Positions 1 through 5,203 of a DNA stretch of 6,480 bases are shown one piece after another. Within the stretch, counting starts at the first letter, position 1. Each line of letters begins with the position of its first letter. Source of the stretch: a virus; IMG/VR virus record IMGVR_UViG_3300013869_000032, positions 1-6,480 of that record; one strand, written 5' to 3'. Made by a program: the position numbers and the translations under genes. Under the pieces are notes generated by a model that worked only from the letters and a program-made list of their open reading frames with translations, had not been told where the DNA came from and ran no database searches.

Positions 1-127
1 AGGTGAGTTCACCGGTTCCGAATGCCCTCAGGGCGAGCCCACTGGCACCGATCTGGTTCCAGAAGAAACCATCGAGACGCCTGAGCCGCAGAACCTCAAG
101 GACGAGCAGCCGTGTATCTATGCCCCC
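1..127. repeat. Terminal direct duplication, copy 1 (identical to 6354-6480)
   Basis: Base-by-base comparison shows 1-127 equals 6354-6480 with no mismatch. The gIII-like reading frame continues across the junction. Confidence 0.97.
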
Positions 128-799
128 GAGGACTCGAAGGAGGTTTGCACCTCTAGCAAGACTGAGGAACAGGAAGGCCGCATTTGCGCCACCCTAGAGG
201 ACGGTTCCGAGTTTTGTACTACCAAGCTGCCCGAGAAAAACGGGATCGACATTCGTACCGAAGTCACGAAGGAAACTCTTGCCGACGGTTCGGTCAAGAC
301 CACCAAGAAAGACACGGCCACCGTGACCAAGTGTGTCGGCGTGAACAACTGCACGACCACGAAGGCCGAGACCACCAAGACCACCACCGAGGACGCCAAC
401 GGGAACAAGACCGGCGAGTCGTCCATCTGCAAGGGTGAAGCCTGCCCCGGCAAGGGCAACCCCGACAGTGACGGCGACGGTGTAGGCGATTGCACCGGTG
501 ATGATTGCGGTGCGGGTGGTGGTGGAGAGGGTCAGGACTGGTATACGCCGACCGGCGACACGTTTGGATCGGTGCTGACCGAATTCGTCGGTAAGGTCCA
601 ACAGACGCCTGTTGCGTCGCAGACGAGTAGCTTTCTGACGTTCCGTGCTACGGGCTCCTGCCCGCGCTGGTCGGTATCCGTCTGGGTCTTCGACATCGAC
701 ATCGACCAGCTTTGCAACGGCGACATTCCCTGGAATGCCATCAAGGCCGTCATTCTGGCCGCTGCTGGCTTCTTCGCATTCCGCATTGCTCTGCTCTGA
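2..799 (+). CDS. gIII-like minor coat / adsorption protein, C-terminal part (continuation of 5806-6480)
   Basis: Frame 2 is open from the left edge to TGA 797-799; the track shows only the internal GTG-started piece 323-799. The region is Thr/Lys/Cys-rich, followed by a DSDGDGVGDC motif, a Gly-rich linker GAGGGGEG, and a C-terminal hydrophobic anchor IKAVILAAAGFFAFRIALL. This architecture and its position between the coat gene and the gVI-like gene match pIII. Confidence 0.8.
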   Translation, partial: GEFTGSECPQGEPTGTDLVPEETIETPEPQNLKDEQPCIYAPEDSKEVCTSSKTEEQEGRICATLEDGSEFCTTKLPEKNGIDIRTEVTKETLADGSVKTTKKDTATVTKCVGVNNCTTTKAETTKTTTEDANGNKTGESSICKGEACPGKGNPDSDGDGVGDCTGDDCGAGGGGEGQDWYTPTGDTFGSVLTEFVGKVQQTPVASQTSSFLTFRATGSCPRWSVSVWVFDIDIDQLCNGDIPWNAIKAVILAAAGFFAFRIALL

Positions 800-807
800 G
801 GTGATCC

Positions 808-1101
808 ATGGAATTCTTCACGCTGGCCTTCTGGAAGGGCCTTTGGGACGACGCCACCGAGTACCTGGACGACAAGCCCGTCGCGATCCTCAAGGACTTG
901 TTGGATGCCATCGTCTCGGTACTCGAAACGATCACGCCGCCTGACTTCATGGACACGCCTATCTCTGACCAGATGGGCCCGGTCATGGAGTTCATCGGTT
1001 TCTTTATGTCCGAGGCCGGCCTTACGCAGGCATTCGCGATGATCGCCTCCGCCTACATGTTTCGTCTTGGCCGCAAGGCCATCACGCTCGGGAGGTGGTA
1101 A
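808..1101 (+). CDS. gVI-like minor coat protein (97 aa, hydrophobic segments)
   Basis: ATG 808 is preceded by GAGGTGA (798-804), which overlaps the gIII stop. Hydrophobic stretches include FIGFFMSEAGLTQAFAMIASAYMF. Size and position between gIII-like and zot/pI are as in other inoviruses. The call is by synteny only. Confidence 0.6.
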   Translation: MEFFTLAFWKGLWDDATEYLDDKPVAILKDLLDAIVSVLETITPPDFMDTPISDQMGPVMEFIGFFMSEAGLTQAFAMIASAYMFRLGRKAITLGRW

Positions 1102-1104
1102 GCG

Positions 1105-2382
1105 ATGGCTATTCACTTTCACGAAGGTCTTCCAGGTGCTGGCAAAAGCTATGAGGCGTGCGTCTTTCACATCCTGCCCGCCCTGAAAGCTGGACGTCAG
1201 GTCGTTACCAATATTCGCGGCATCAACTGGGAGAAGTTCGCCGAGCTGCTTGACGAGCCTGTCGAATACGTCCGCATGCTGCTGATTTACGTCGAGCCTG
1301 CCGAGCAGGATGGCGCAGCCGGTGACGTTGAGCGCGTTAAGAATGAGTTCGCCGACAAGACGCCTGACAACGCGATGATCGTGTGGGACGAGATTCAGGA
1401 CTACTTTCCCAGCGGGAACTATAAGCTGCCGCTCAATCAGCAGAAGTTCTGGACCGAGCATCGCCACCGCGGGCTCGAAATCGTCATCATGGGTCAGGAC
1501 CGTGACGATGTGCACAAGATCATCCGCAGCCGTATCGAGGACATCATCTACTTCCTCAAGCTGCAGGCCATCGGGCGGCCCAATCAGTACAAGTGGGAGC
1601 AGTGGCAGAAACAGGCCAAGGGGAAGTTCGTCAAGATCGGCTCTGGCGTTCGTTCCTATGAAACGAAGTACTTTGGCCTTTACTCCAGTCACCGACGCGA
1701 AACGGTCAAGGGTAGCGTCTACCAGACCGAGCGCACTAACGTCCTGAAGAACTCCAAGCTGCTCTCCCTGGGCGTGCCGTTCGTTTTCGTTGGCGCTTTC
1801 TATGCCGTGTATCACCTGTACGGCTTCTTCACTGGCACAGGCGGTGCCGTTGCTTCCACCCAGCCAAGTTCCGCTGTCACTGTTCAGCGTCCCGAGCCGT
1901 CTGCTGGTCTCACCAACCCTGAGCCCCCAAGCATGCGCGCTGCCGCTCCGGTCGCCAGTACGCCTGACCACTCCGATCAGGCTGCTGAAGCGCTTCCGCC
2001 TCCAATCGACTACCTGGACAAGATGGCTCAGCAGTACCAGATCAGGGCCACTGCCATCATTGATAGCGACAAGCCCGGTCGCGAGCTGATGGGCGAGATT
2101 GAGCTGCTCGATTCGTCGTATCACATCAAGGAACGCTTTCGCGTCAGTGAGATTCAGGCCCTGGGCTGGACTGTGACCAGGACCGGATACGGCCTCTTGC
2201 TTGAGAAACAATCCGTCGCCTACGTCGCCAGATCGTGGCCTATCGATATCCGTGGTCGCGTCGATCGACGCACCGTCGATAGCCTTGGTCCAGATCGCAT
2301 GGGCAGAGGTGCCCATTCCGAGGGTTCCTCTACTTCGGATATTGTCGTGGTCGGATCAGGCAAGCCCGGTCATTTATGGTAA
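1105..2382 (+). CDS. zot: Zot-like / pI family phage assembly ATPase (425 aa)
   Basis: Walker A GLPGAGKS lies at the N-terminus (1126-1149) and a Walker B-like MIVWDEIQ follows. A single central TM segment LSLGVPFVFVGAFYAVYHLYGFF is followed by a Pro/Ala/Ser-rich linker and a C-terminal domain. RBS GGAGGTGG is at 1091-1098. This architecture is typical of inovirus pI/Zot. Confidence 0.93.
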   Translation: MAIHFHEGLPGAGKSYEACVFHILPALKAGRQVVTNIRGINWEKFAELLDEPVEYVRMLLIYVEPAEQDGAAGDVERVKNEFADKTPDNAMIVWDEIQDYFPSGNYKLPLNQQKFWTEHRHRGLEIVIMGQDRDDVHKIIRSRIEDIIYFLKLQAIGRPNQYKWEQWQKQAKGKFVKIGSGVRSYETKYFGLYSSHRRETVKGSVYQTERTNVLKNSKLLSLGVPFVFVGAFYAVYHLYGFFTGTGGAVASTQPSSAVTVQRPEPSAGLTNPEPPSMRAAAPVASTPDHSDQAAEALPPPIDYLDKMAQQYQIRATAIIDSDKPGRELMGEIELLDSSYHIKERFRVSEIQALGWTVTRTGYGLLLEKQSVAYVARSWPIDIRGRVDRRTVDSLGPDRMGRGAHSEGSSTSDIVVVGSGKPGHLW

Positions 2383-2395
2383 CGCTGCAAAACAC

Positions 2396-2424
2396 TTGCT
2401 GAATTAAAGTAACGTTACTATAAT
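2396..2424 (+). promoter_or_regulatory. Sigma70-type promoter TTGCTG-17 nt-TATAAT driving the accessory cassette
   Basis: The -35 element TTGCTG is at 2396-2401. The spacer is exactly 17 nt. The -10 element at 2419-2424 is a perfect TATAAT. The promoter sits in the 55-nt gap after the zot stop. Confidence 0.7.
2408..2419. promoter_or_regulatory. Perfect 12-bp palindrome AGTAACGTTACT inside the promoter spacer (operator candidate)
   Basis: AGTAAC and GTTACT are exact reverse complements. The palindrome fills the spacer and touches the -10. Its 10-bp core GTAACGTTAC recurs at 2604-2613, and a half-site GTAACG lies at 2379-2384. Confidence 0.6.
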
Positions 2425-2455
2425 CGCCCCATCGAGAATGAATGGAGCCAGACAC

Positions 2456-2827
2456 ATGATCGACCCAACATACAAGGCAACCCAAGCCCTTCCCCTGGAC
2501 GAGCCTCCCCAGCGCAAGCGCCGTGGTCGTCCTTCGACTGGTAAAGCCATGACGCCAGCCGAGAAACAGCGCGCCTATCGTGAGAGGCAGAAAGCGGCAC
2601 AGGGTAACGTTACGCCAAAGCTCCTTCCCGGTGCCGTTCTGCTTACGGAGGCTGAGAACACTGCAATTGTTTGCATGCTCCAGGACAAGGCTCGAGAAAT
2701 TGCGGTCAGGTGCCTATCTGGTGGTCCAGTCACACCCGACCAGCTAGAACAGCAGGTCTGGTTATCGACCTTGGCCAGCAAGGTTGCTGCATCGTCTCCG
2801 AACTCGCACATGTATCAAGGAAGCTGA
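2456..2827 (+). CDS. Hypothetical basic protein, putative DNA-binding regulator (123 aa from ATG 2456, or 129 aa from in-frame ATG 2438)
   Basis: GGAG (2444-2447) lies 8 nt before ATG 2456. ATG 2438 would sit only about 7 nt from the predicted transcription start and has no RBS. The N-terminal region is strongly basic, PQRKRRGRPSTGKAMTPAEKQRAYRERQKAAQ (RGRP plus an Arg/Lys-rich helix). I cannot assign a named family. Confidence 0.65.
   Translation: MIDPTYKATQALPLDEPPQRKRRGRPSTGKAMTPAEKQRAYRERQKAAQGNVTPKLLPGAVLLTEAENTAIVCMLQDKAREIAVRCLSGGPVTPDQLEQQVWLSTLASKVAASSPNSHMYQGS
2604..2613. promoter_or_regulatory. Second copy of palindrome core GTAACGTTAC, inside the 123/129-aa ORF
   Basis: It is an exact 10-bp match to the core of the promoter palindrome, 195 bp downstream centre to centre. 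It lies in coding sequence (QGNVTP). Confidence 0.4.
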
Positions 2828-2829
2828 AA

Positions 2830-2925
2830 ATGTACGTCATCGAGGTGCTTCTGTTCGTGGCATTGGGCGTACTGATTGGTATCGTTCTCAGCGCTCAGCT
2901 TTTCAGAGAACCTAAATCCAAGTAG
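2830..2925 (+). CDS. Small single-pass membrane peptide (31 aa, MYVIEVLLFVALGVLIGIVLSAQLFREPKSK)
   Basis: ATG 2830 lies 2 nt after the upstream TGA (2825-2827). AAGGAAG (2817-2823) is 6 nt upstream. The peptide has a 20-residue hydrophobic core and a charged C-terminal tail REPKSK. Hairpins follow it. Its short length means coding status is unproven. Confidence 0.45.
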   Translation: MYVIEVLLFVALGVLIGIVLSAQLFREPKSK

Positions 2926-2953
2926 TTCTTTTCTCGGTCAGGGGGCAAACCGC

Positions 2954-2992
2954 AAGCCGCAGCGGCTTTTTCGCACGCTTCACCGCGAAAAA
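2954..2992 (+). terminator. Two overlapping hairpins sharing a T-run; possible weak terminator or attenuator after the accessory cassette
   Basis: Hairpin A pairs AAGCCG (2954-2959) with CGGCTT (2963-2968) around a 3-nt loop, followed by further Ts. Hairpin B pairs TTTTTCGC (2967-2974) with GCGAAAAA (2985-2992) around a 10-nt loop. The two compete for T2967-2968. Confidence 0.3.
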
Positions 2993-3058
2993 ACGAACGG
3001 GTGAGGATTTGAGGCGCTCGCGCCGACCCTTGACCCTCCTCCGACCAGATCAAGCTCA

Positions 3059-3101
3059 GGTCATAGGGCAGGGGAAAGCTTTTCTCCCCTGCCCTCTGAC
3101 C
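3059..3101. promoter_or_regulatory. Long GC-rich hairpin in the intergenic region (candidate ssDNA signal: packaging signal or complementary-strand origin)
   Basis: AGGGCAGGGGA (3065-3075) pairs perfectly with TCCCCTGCCCT (3085-3095) around a 9-nt loop containing AAGCTT. The stem extends by GGTCA (3059-3063) pairing with TGACC (3097-3101) across one mismatch. Confidence 0.5.
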
Positions 3102-3122
3102 CTCTGGCGAAGAGTGGGATGA

Positions 3123-3139
3123 CAAGGGCAAAGCCCTTG
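3123..3139. promoter_or_regulatory. Short hairpin CAAGGGC-AAA-GCCCTTG in the intergenic region
   Basis: A perfect 7-bp stem with a 3-nt loop. Confidence 0.35.
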
Positions 3140-3190
3140 GTGTTGGATAGGCGACACGGAGCCGTTAAGATCGCTTGACGGCAAGGCAAT

Positions 3191-3241
3191 AAAAAACCCC
3201 GCGAATTGCTCGTTTGCTTGCCGGCTAAACGATTCGCGGGG
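3191..3241 (-). terminator. Extended hairpin that reads as an intrinsic terminator on the minus strand, immediately upstream of the rep start
   Basis: CCCCGCGAAT (3197-3206) pairs with ATTCGCGGGG (3232-3241). An inner stem pairs CGTTT (3211-3215) with AAACG (3227-3231). On the minus strand the stem is followed by TTTTTTATT (complement of 3188-3196). On the plus strand no T-run follows it. Confidence 0.45.
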
Positions 3242-3263
3242 CTCGGACGGTCGAGGTCCTGAA

Positions 3264-4634
3264 GTGGATTCTATAACAGAAAGCGCCCAGGCGCGAAAGG
3301 CGCATCCGGGCGGTCCCGCAAGCGAAGCGCGGGCCGCCGGAGGCGCCCTTGTTACTACTGCGAAATTCGCGGCCAGAATTAAGGAGGTTGTCGACGAGAA
3401 AACCGGGGAAATTCAACGGTTTACGTTCGACAACAAGCGTCGTGAGTTTGTACCTGAGTTCACGACTGAGCAGGCCCGTGAAGCGCGTTTCTCGCTTCAA
3501 GATGCTGCACGCCGCCTTCTGCCAGATCATCGCGTCAGGCACTGCATTCGAACGCTCACCAACAAGGACGGGTTTGTCGGCATCCTGAAGGATTCTGCCA
3601 CTGGCAAGGCTCACTACTCGGGTCTTCAGACCTGCTCCTCTGTCTGGTCCTGCCCGATCTGCTCCGCCAAAATCTCGGAACGTCGCAAACTGGAAGTGCG
3701 TCAGGCAATCGACACGCACATTTCAGCCGGTGGCGGGGTCGAAATGGTCACGCTCACTGTGCGCCATGCGCGCATGGATGTGCTTTCCGAGCTTATGGGC
3801 AAGCTCCGTGTAGCGACCAAGAAAATGCGCGAGCATCGCGACTACAAGCACCTTCGCGAGTTGTTCGACGTGGTGGGTTCGATCCGGGCCTTAGAGGTAA
3901 CGCACGGTAACGCCAATGGCTGGCACCCACACTTCCACGAACTCTGGCTGTTCCCCGAGCCGCTGACGGTTCGCCAGCGCGCCATGCTTCATCGCCTGCT
4001 GTTTGCCGTCTGGAAAACCTCGTCGGTTGCTGCTGGTCTTCCGGCTCCGTCCAGGGAGCGTGGCGTGCACATTCAGCAGGCCGAGTCGGCTGCGGAGTAT
4101 GTCGCCAAGTGGGGCACCGAACCCCGATGGGAAGCGGCCAGCGAAGTAACGAAGGCGAACTCCAAGCGCGGGACTGGCAAGGGTCGCACGCCGTTCGATT
4201 TGCTGCGCTCCTACGCCGAAGGCGATGCCCGTTCCGGCGCTCTGTTTGCCGAGTTCTCGGCGGCATTCAAGGGCTATAACCAGCTTCGGTGGACGCCCGG
4301 CCTTAAGGCGCTTTTCCAGATCGCGGACCAGACCGATGAGGAAATCAACCAGGAGGAGATTGCCACCGCTCTCCGTGTCTCGCAGGTCACTCGCGATCAG
4401 TGGCGTATCATCCTTCGCCAGCCATATCAGGCGCGCGCTGTTCTGCTCCGATTGGCTGAGACTGGTGGCCATGAGGCGGTTGCCCGATTCGTCTTTGAAC
4501 TGCTGGCCATGCACGGGCCCATCGATCCGCCCAAAATCCGCGATTCGTCTCCCGGTCTCCGTAGTACATCACGCCAGCAATCACGGCCTGCGAAGGCAGC
4601 CTCAGCGCCTCTGCAACTCGCACTGCTGAGATGA
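3264..4634 (+). CDS. Rolling-circle replication initiator, HUH endonuclease type (gII-equivalent Rep, 456 aa)
   Basis: The HUH motif is HPHFH (3924-3938, within GWHPHFHELW). A catalytic-Tyr-like motif AEYVAKWG has its Tyr codon at 4098-4100. A Cys cluster CSSVWSCPICS lies upstream. HxHFH plus E-Y-x-x-K resembles pC194/Rep_1-like and phage CRI-type initiators. GTG 3264 is the only canonical in-frame start after the upstream stop at 3120-3122, with GAGG (3253-3256) 7 nt upstream. Confidence 0.88.
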   Translation: MDSITESAQARKAHPGGPASEARAAGGALVTTAKFAARIKEVVDEKTGEIQRFTFDNKRREFVPEFTTEQAREARFSLQDAARRLLPDHRVRHCIRTLTNKDGFVGILKDSATGKAHYSGLQTCSSVWSCPICSAKISERRKLEVRQAIDTHISAGGGVEMVTLTVRHARMDVLSELMGKLRVATKKMREHRDYKHLRELFDVVGSIRALEVTHGNANGWHPHFHELWLFPEPLTVRQRAMLHRLLFAVWKTSSVAAGLPAPSRERGVHIQQAESAAEYVAKWGTEPRWEAASEVTKANSKRGTGKGRTPFDLLRSYAEGDARSGALFAEFSAAFKGYNQLRWTPGLKALFQIADQTDEEINQEEIATALRVSQVTRDQWRIILRQPYQARAVLLRLAETGGHEAVARFVFELLAMHGPIDPPKIRDSSPGLRSTSRQQSRPAKAASAPLQLALLR

Positions 4635-4785
4635 TCGACATACATTGTTTTCCCGCTCTCTGCTGGCTGATTGCTTGGCGCGTGACGCCCAGTAGCTCGG
4701 CCAGCTTGTAGTCACTCCGGACCCCGCAACGCTCCTTCACCAAATCCAACCACTCGATGGTGGTTGGTGGGCTCTTTTCGTGCAT
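4408..4785 (-). CDS. Helix-turn-helix transcriptional regulator, putative phage repressor (125 aa)
   Basis: The HTH-like segment is SDYKLAELLGVTRQAISQQRAG. RBS GGGAG lies 5 nt before the ATG (4783-4785, minus strand). The gene is divergent from the structural operon, as lysogeny or immunity regulators of temperate inoviruses often are. The 3' 227 nt overlap rep on the opposite strand. Confidence 0.75.
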   Translation of the reverse strand: MHEKSPPTTIEWLDLVKERCGVRSDYKLAELLGVTRQAISQQRAGKQCMSIISAVRVAEALRLPSQAVIAGVMYYGDRETNRGFWADRWARAWPAVQRRIGQPPHGHQSQPIGAEQRAPDMAGEG

Positions 4786-4786
4786 G

Positions 4787-4815
4787 TTGACTCCCGCAAT
4801 AGTTAAGGCTACTTT
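4787..4815 (+). promoter_or_regulatory. Candidate promoter for the gV-like/structural operon (TTGACT-17 nt-TACTTT)
   Basis: The -35 element TTGACT is at 4787-4792. The spacer is 17 nt. The -10 element TACTTT is at 4810-4815. The palindrome at 4816-4835 lies directly downstream, over the predicted transcription start. Confidence 0.45.
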
Positions 4816-4835
4816 ACGTCAAGCGCACTTGACGT
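4816..4835. promoter_or_regulatory. 20-bp near-perfect palindrome ACGTCAAG-cgca-CTTGACGT (operator candidate) in the divergent repressor/structural-gene control region
   Basis: Nine of ten base pairs are symmetric, with 8-bp perfect arms. It lies between the repressor ATG (4785) and the gV-like ATG (4871). Confidence 0.6.
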
Positions 4836-4870
4836 TCAGGTGCTCCGACCACTAATTGAGGTTTCTTGTC

Positions 4871-5203
4871 ATGGCAGAACGCGCCCTTATCCTTTCGTGT
4901 GATAGCTGGGAAATGCCCGACGAAAAAACCGGCGAAATTCGCAAGGGTCTTTCCGTCTGGTACGTCAACGACTACCGCGAAGACACTGCCGGTAGTTTCG
5001 GATTCAAACCCACCAAGGTTAGCGCTGATTGTGCGCTGATTGACCGCCTGCGCGACGCCAAGTTGCCCGCGCTCTTCGATTTGGACTTCGGCTCTCGTCC
5101 AGGTGCACAGGGTAAAGCGACCCTGACGCTGACCGGGCTAACCAAGGTTCAGAACGTGAACCTCTTCGCCGTTTCCCGTCAACAGCAGCCGGCTACCGCC
5201 TGA
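4871..5203 (+). CDS. gV-like protein, putative ssDNA-binding protein (110 aa)
   Basis: ATG 4871 has GAGG (4858-4861) 9 nt upstream; the track's TTG 4856 start is less likely. It is a small soluble protein in the position directly after rep and before the small coat genes. The functional call is by position and size only. Confidence 0.5.
   Translation: MAERALILSCDSWEMPDEKTGEIRKGLSVWYVNDYREDTAGSFGFKPTKVSADCALIDRLRDAKLPALFDLDFGSRPGAQGKATLTLTGLTKVQNVNLFAVSRQQQPATA

Noticed and set aside
3-601. Alternative-frame and antisense ORFs inside the gIII-like gene (3-197 +, 184-438 +, 118-495 -, 194-601 -) and 645-944 +
   Set aside because: Frame 2 is continuous with the signal-peptide-bearing ORF from the other end of the circle and ends in a membrane anchor. 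The other frames give Arg/Ser/Pro-rich or otherwise featureless products.
532-2316. Very long minus-strand ORF (594 aa) antisense to the gIII end, gVI-like and zot
   Set aside because: It lies entirely opposite genes with strong independent support (Walker A/B, TM anchors, RBSs). Its translation is low-complexity and Arg/Gly/Leu-rich with no motif I recognise. Long antisense ORFs are expected in GC-rich coding DNA.
2671-2925. 84-aa ORF in the track overlapping the 3' half of the 123/129-aa gene
   Set aside because: Only its last 31 codons, from ATG 2830 with an upstream AAGGAAG, look like a gene. The upstream part overlaps the better-supported frame and has no RBS. Minus-strand ORFs 2418-2600 and 2575-2811 were dismissed for the same reason.
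2895-3131. 78-aa minus-strand ORF across the intergenic region
   Set aside because: It spans the hairpin cluster, has no RBS and no recognisable features. It is most likely a by-product of GC-rich palindromic DNA.
3175-3203. TTGACG at 3175-3180 as a -35 element for a rep promoter
   Set aside because: No acceptable -10 hexamer lies 16-18 nt downstream; the sequence there is CCCGCG. Rep may instead be expressed by read-through from upstream or from a promoter I cannot recognise.
3381-3390. Perfect Shine-Dalgarno AAGGAGG followed by TTG inside rep, as an alternative start
   Set aside because: The TTG abuts the SD with zero spacing and is out of frame with Rep; it opens only the 79-aa Arg/Ser-rich ORF 3349-3588. 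No ATG, GTG or TTG lies 5-9 nt downstream.
3896-3913. Tandem GGTAACGC-ac-GGTAACGC inside rep, sharing the GTAACG half-site of the accessory-cassette palindrome; other GTAACG/CGTTAC copies at 1203 and 4145
   Set aside because: The hexamer is only modestly over-represented: about 9 occurrences counting both halves of the palindromes, against about 3 expected. These copies are not palindromic, and they lie in conserved coding sequence just upstream of the HUH motif. This is noted as a possible link but not supported.
3225-4514. Minus-strand ORFs antisense to rep (3225-3719, 3793-4266, 3891-4514)
   Set aside because: They are opposite a Rep ORF with HUH and Tyr motifs. They have no RBS, and their composition is Arg/Pro/Ala-rich as expected from reading a GC-rich gene backwards.
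4636-4655. Weak dif/XerCD-like resemblance (minus strand AACAATGTATGTCGATCAT), with similar weak hits near 2806-2845 and 2373-2386
   Set aside because: Only the central AATGTAT-type core matches. Neither the XerC nor the XerD arm is convincing, and the 4636-4655 site is coding for the repressor. Without the host dif sequence this cannot be called attP.
4856-4870. TTG 4856 as the start of the gV-like gene (115-aa version in the track)
   Set aside because: ATG 4871 has a GAGG at suitable spacing, and that GAGG overlaps the TTG codon itself. The TTG has no RBS and would sit very close to the predicted transcription start.
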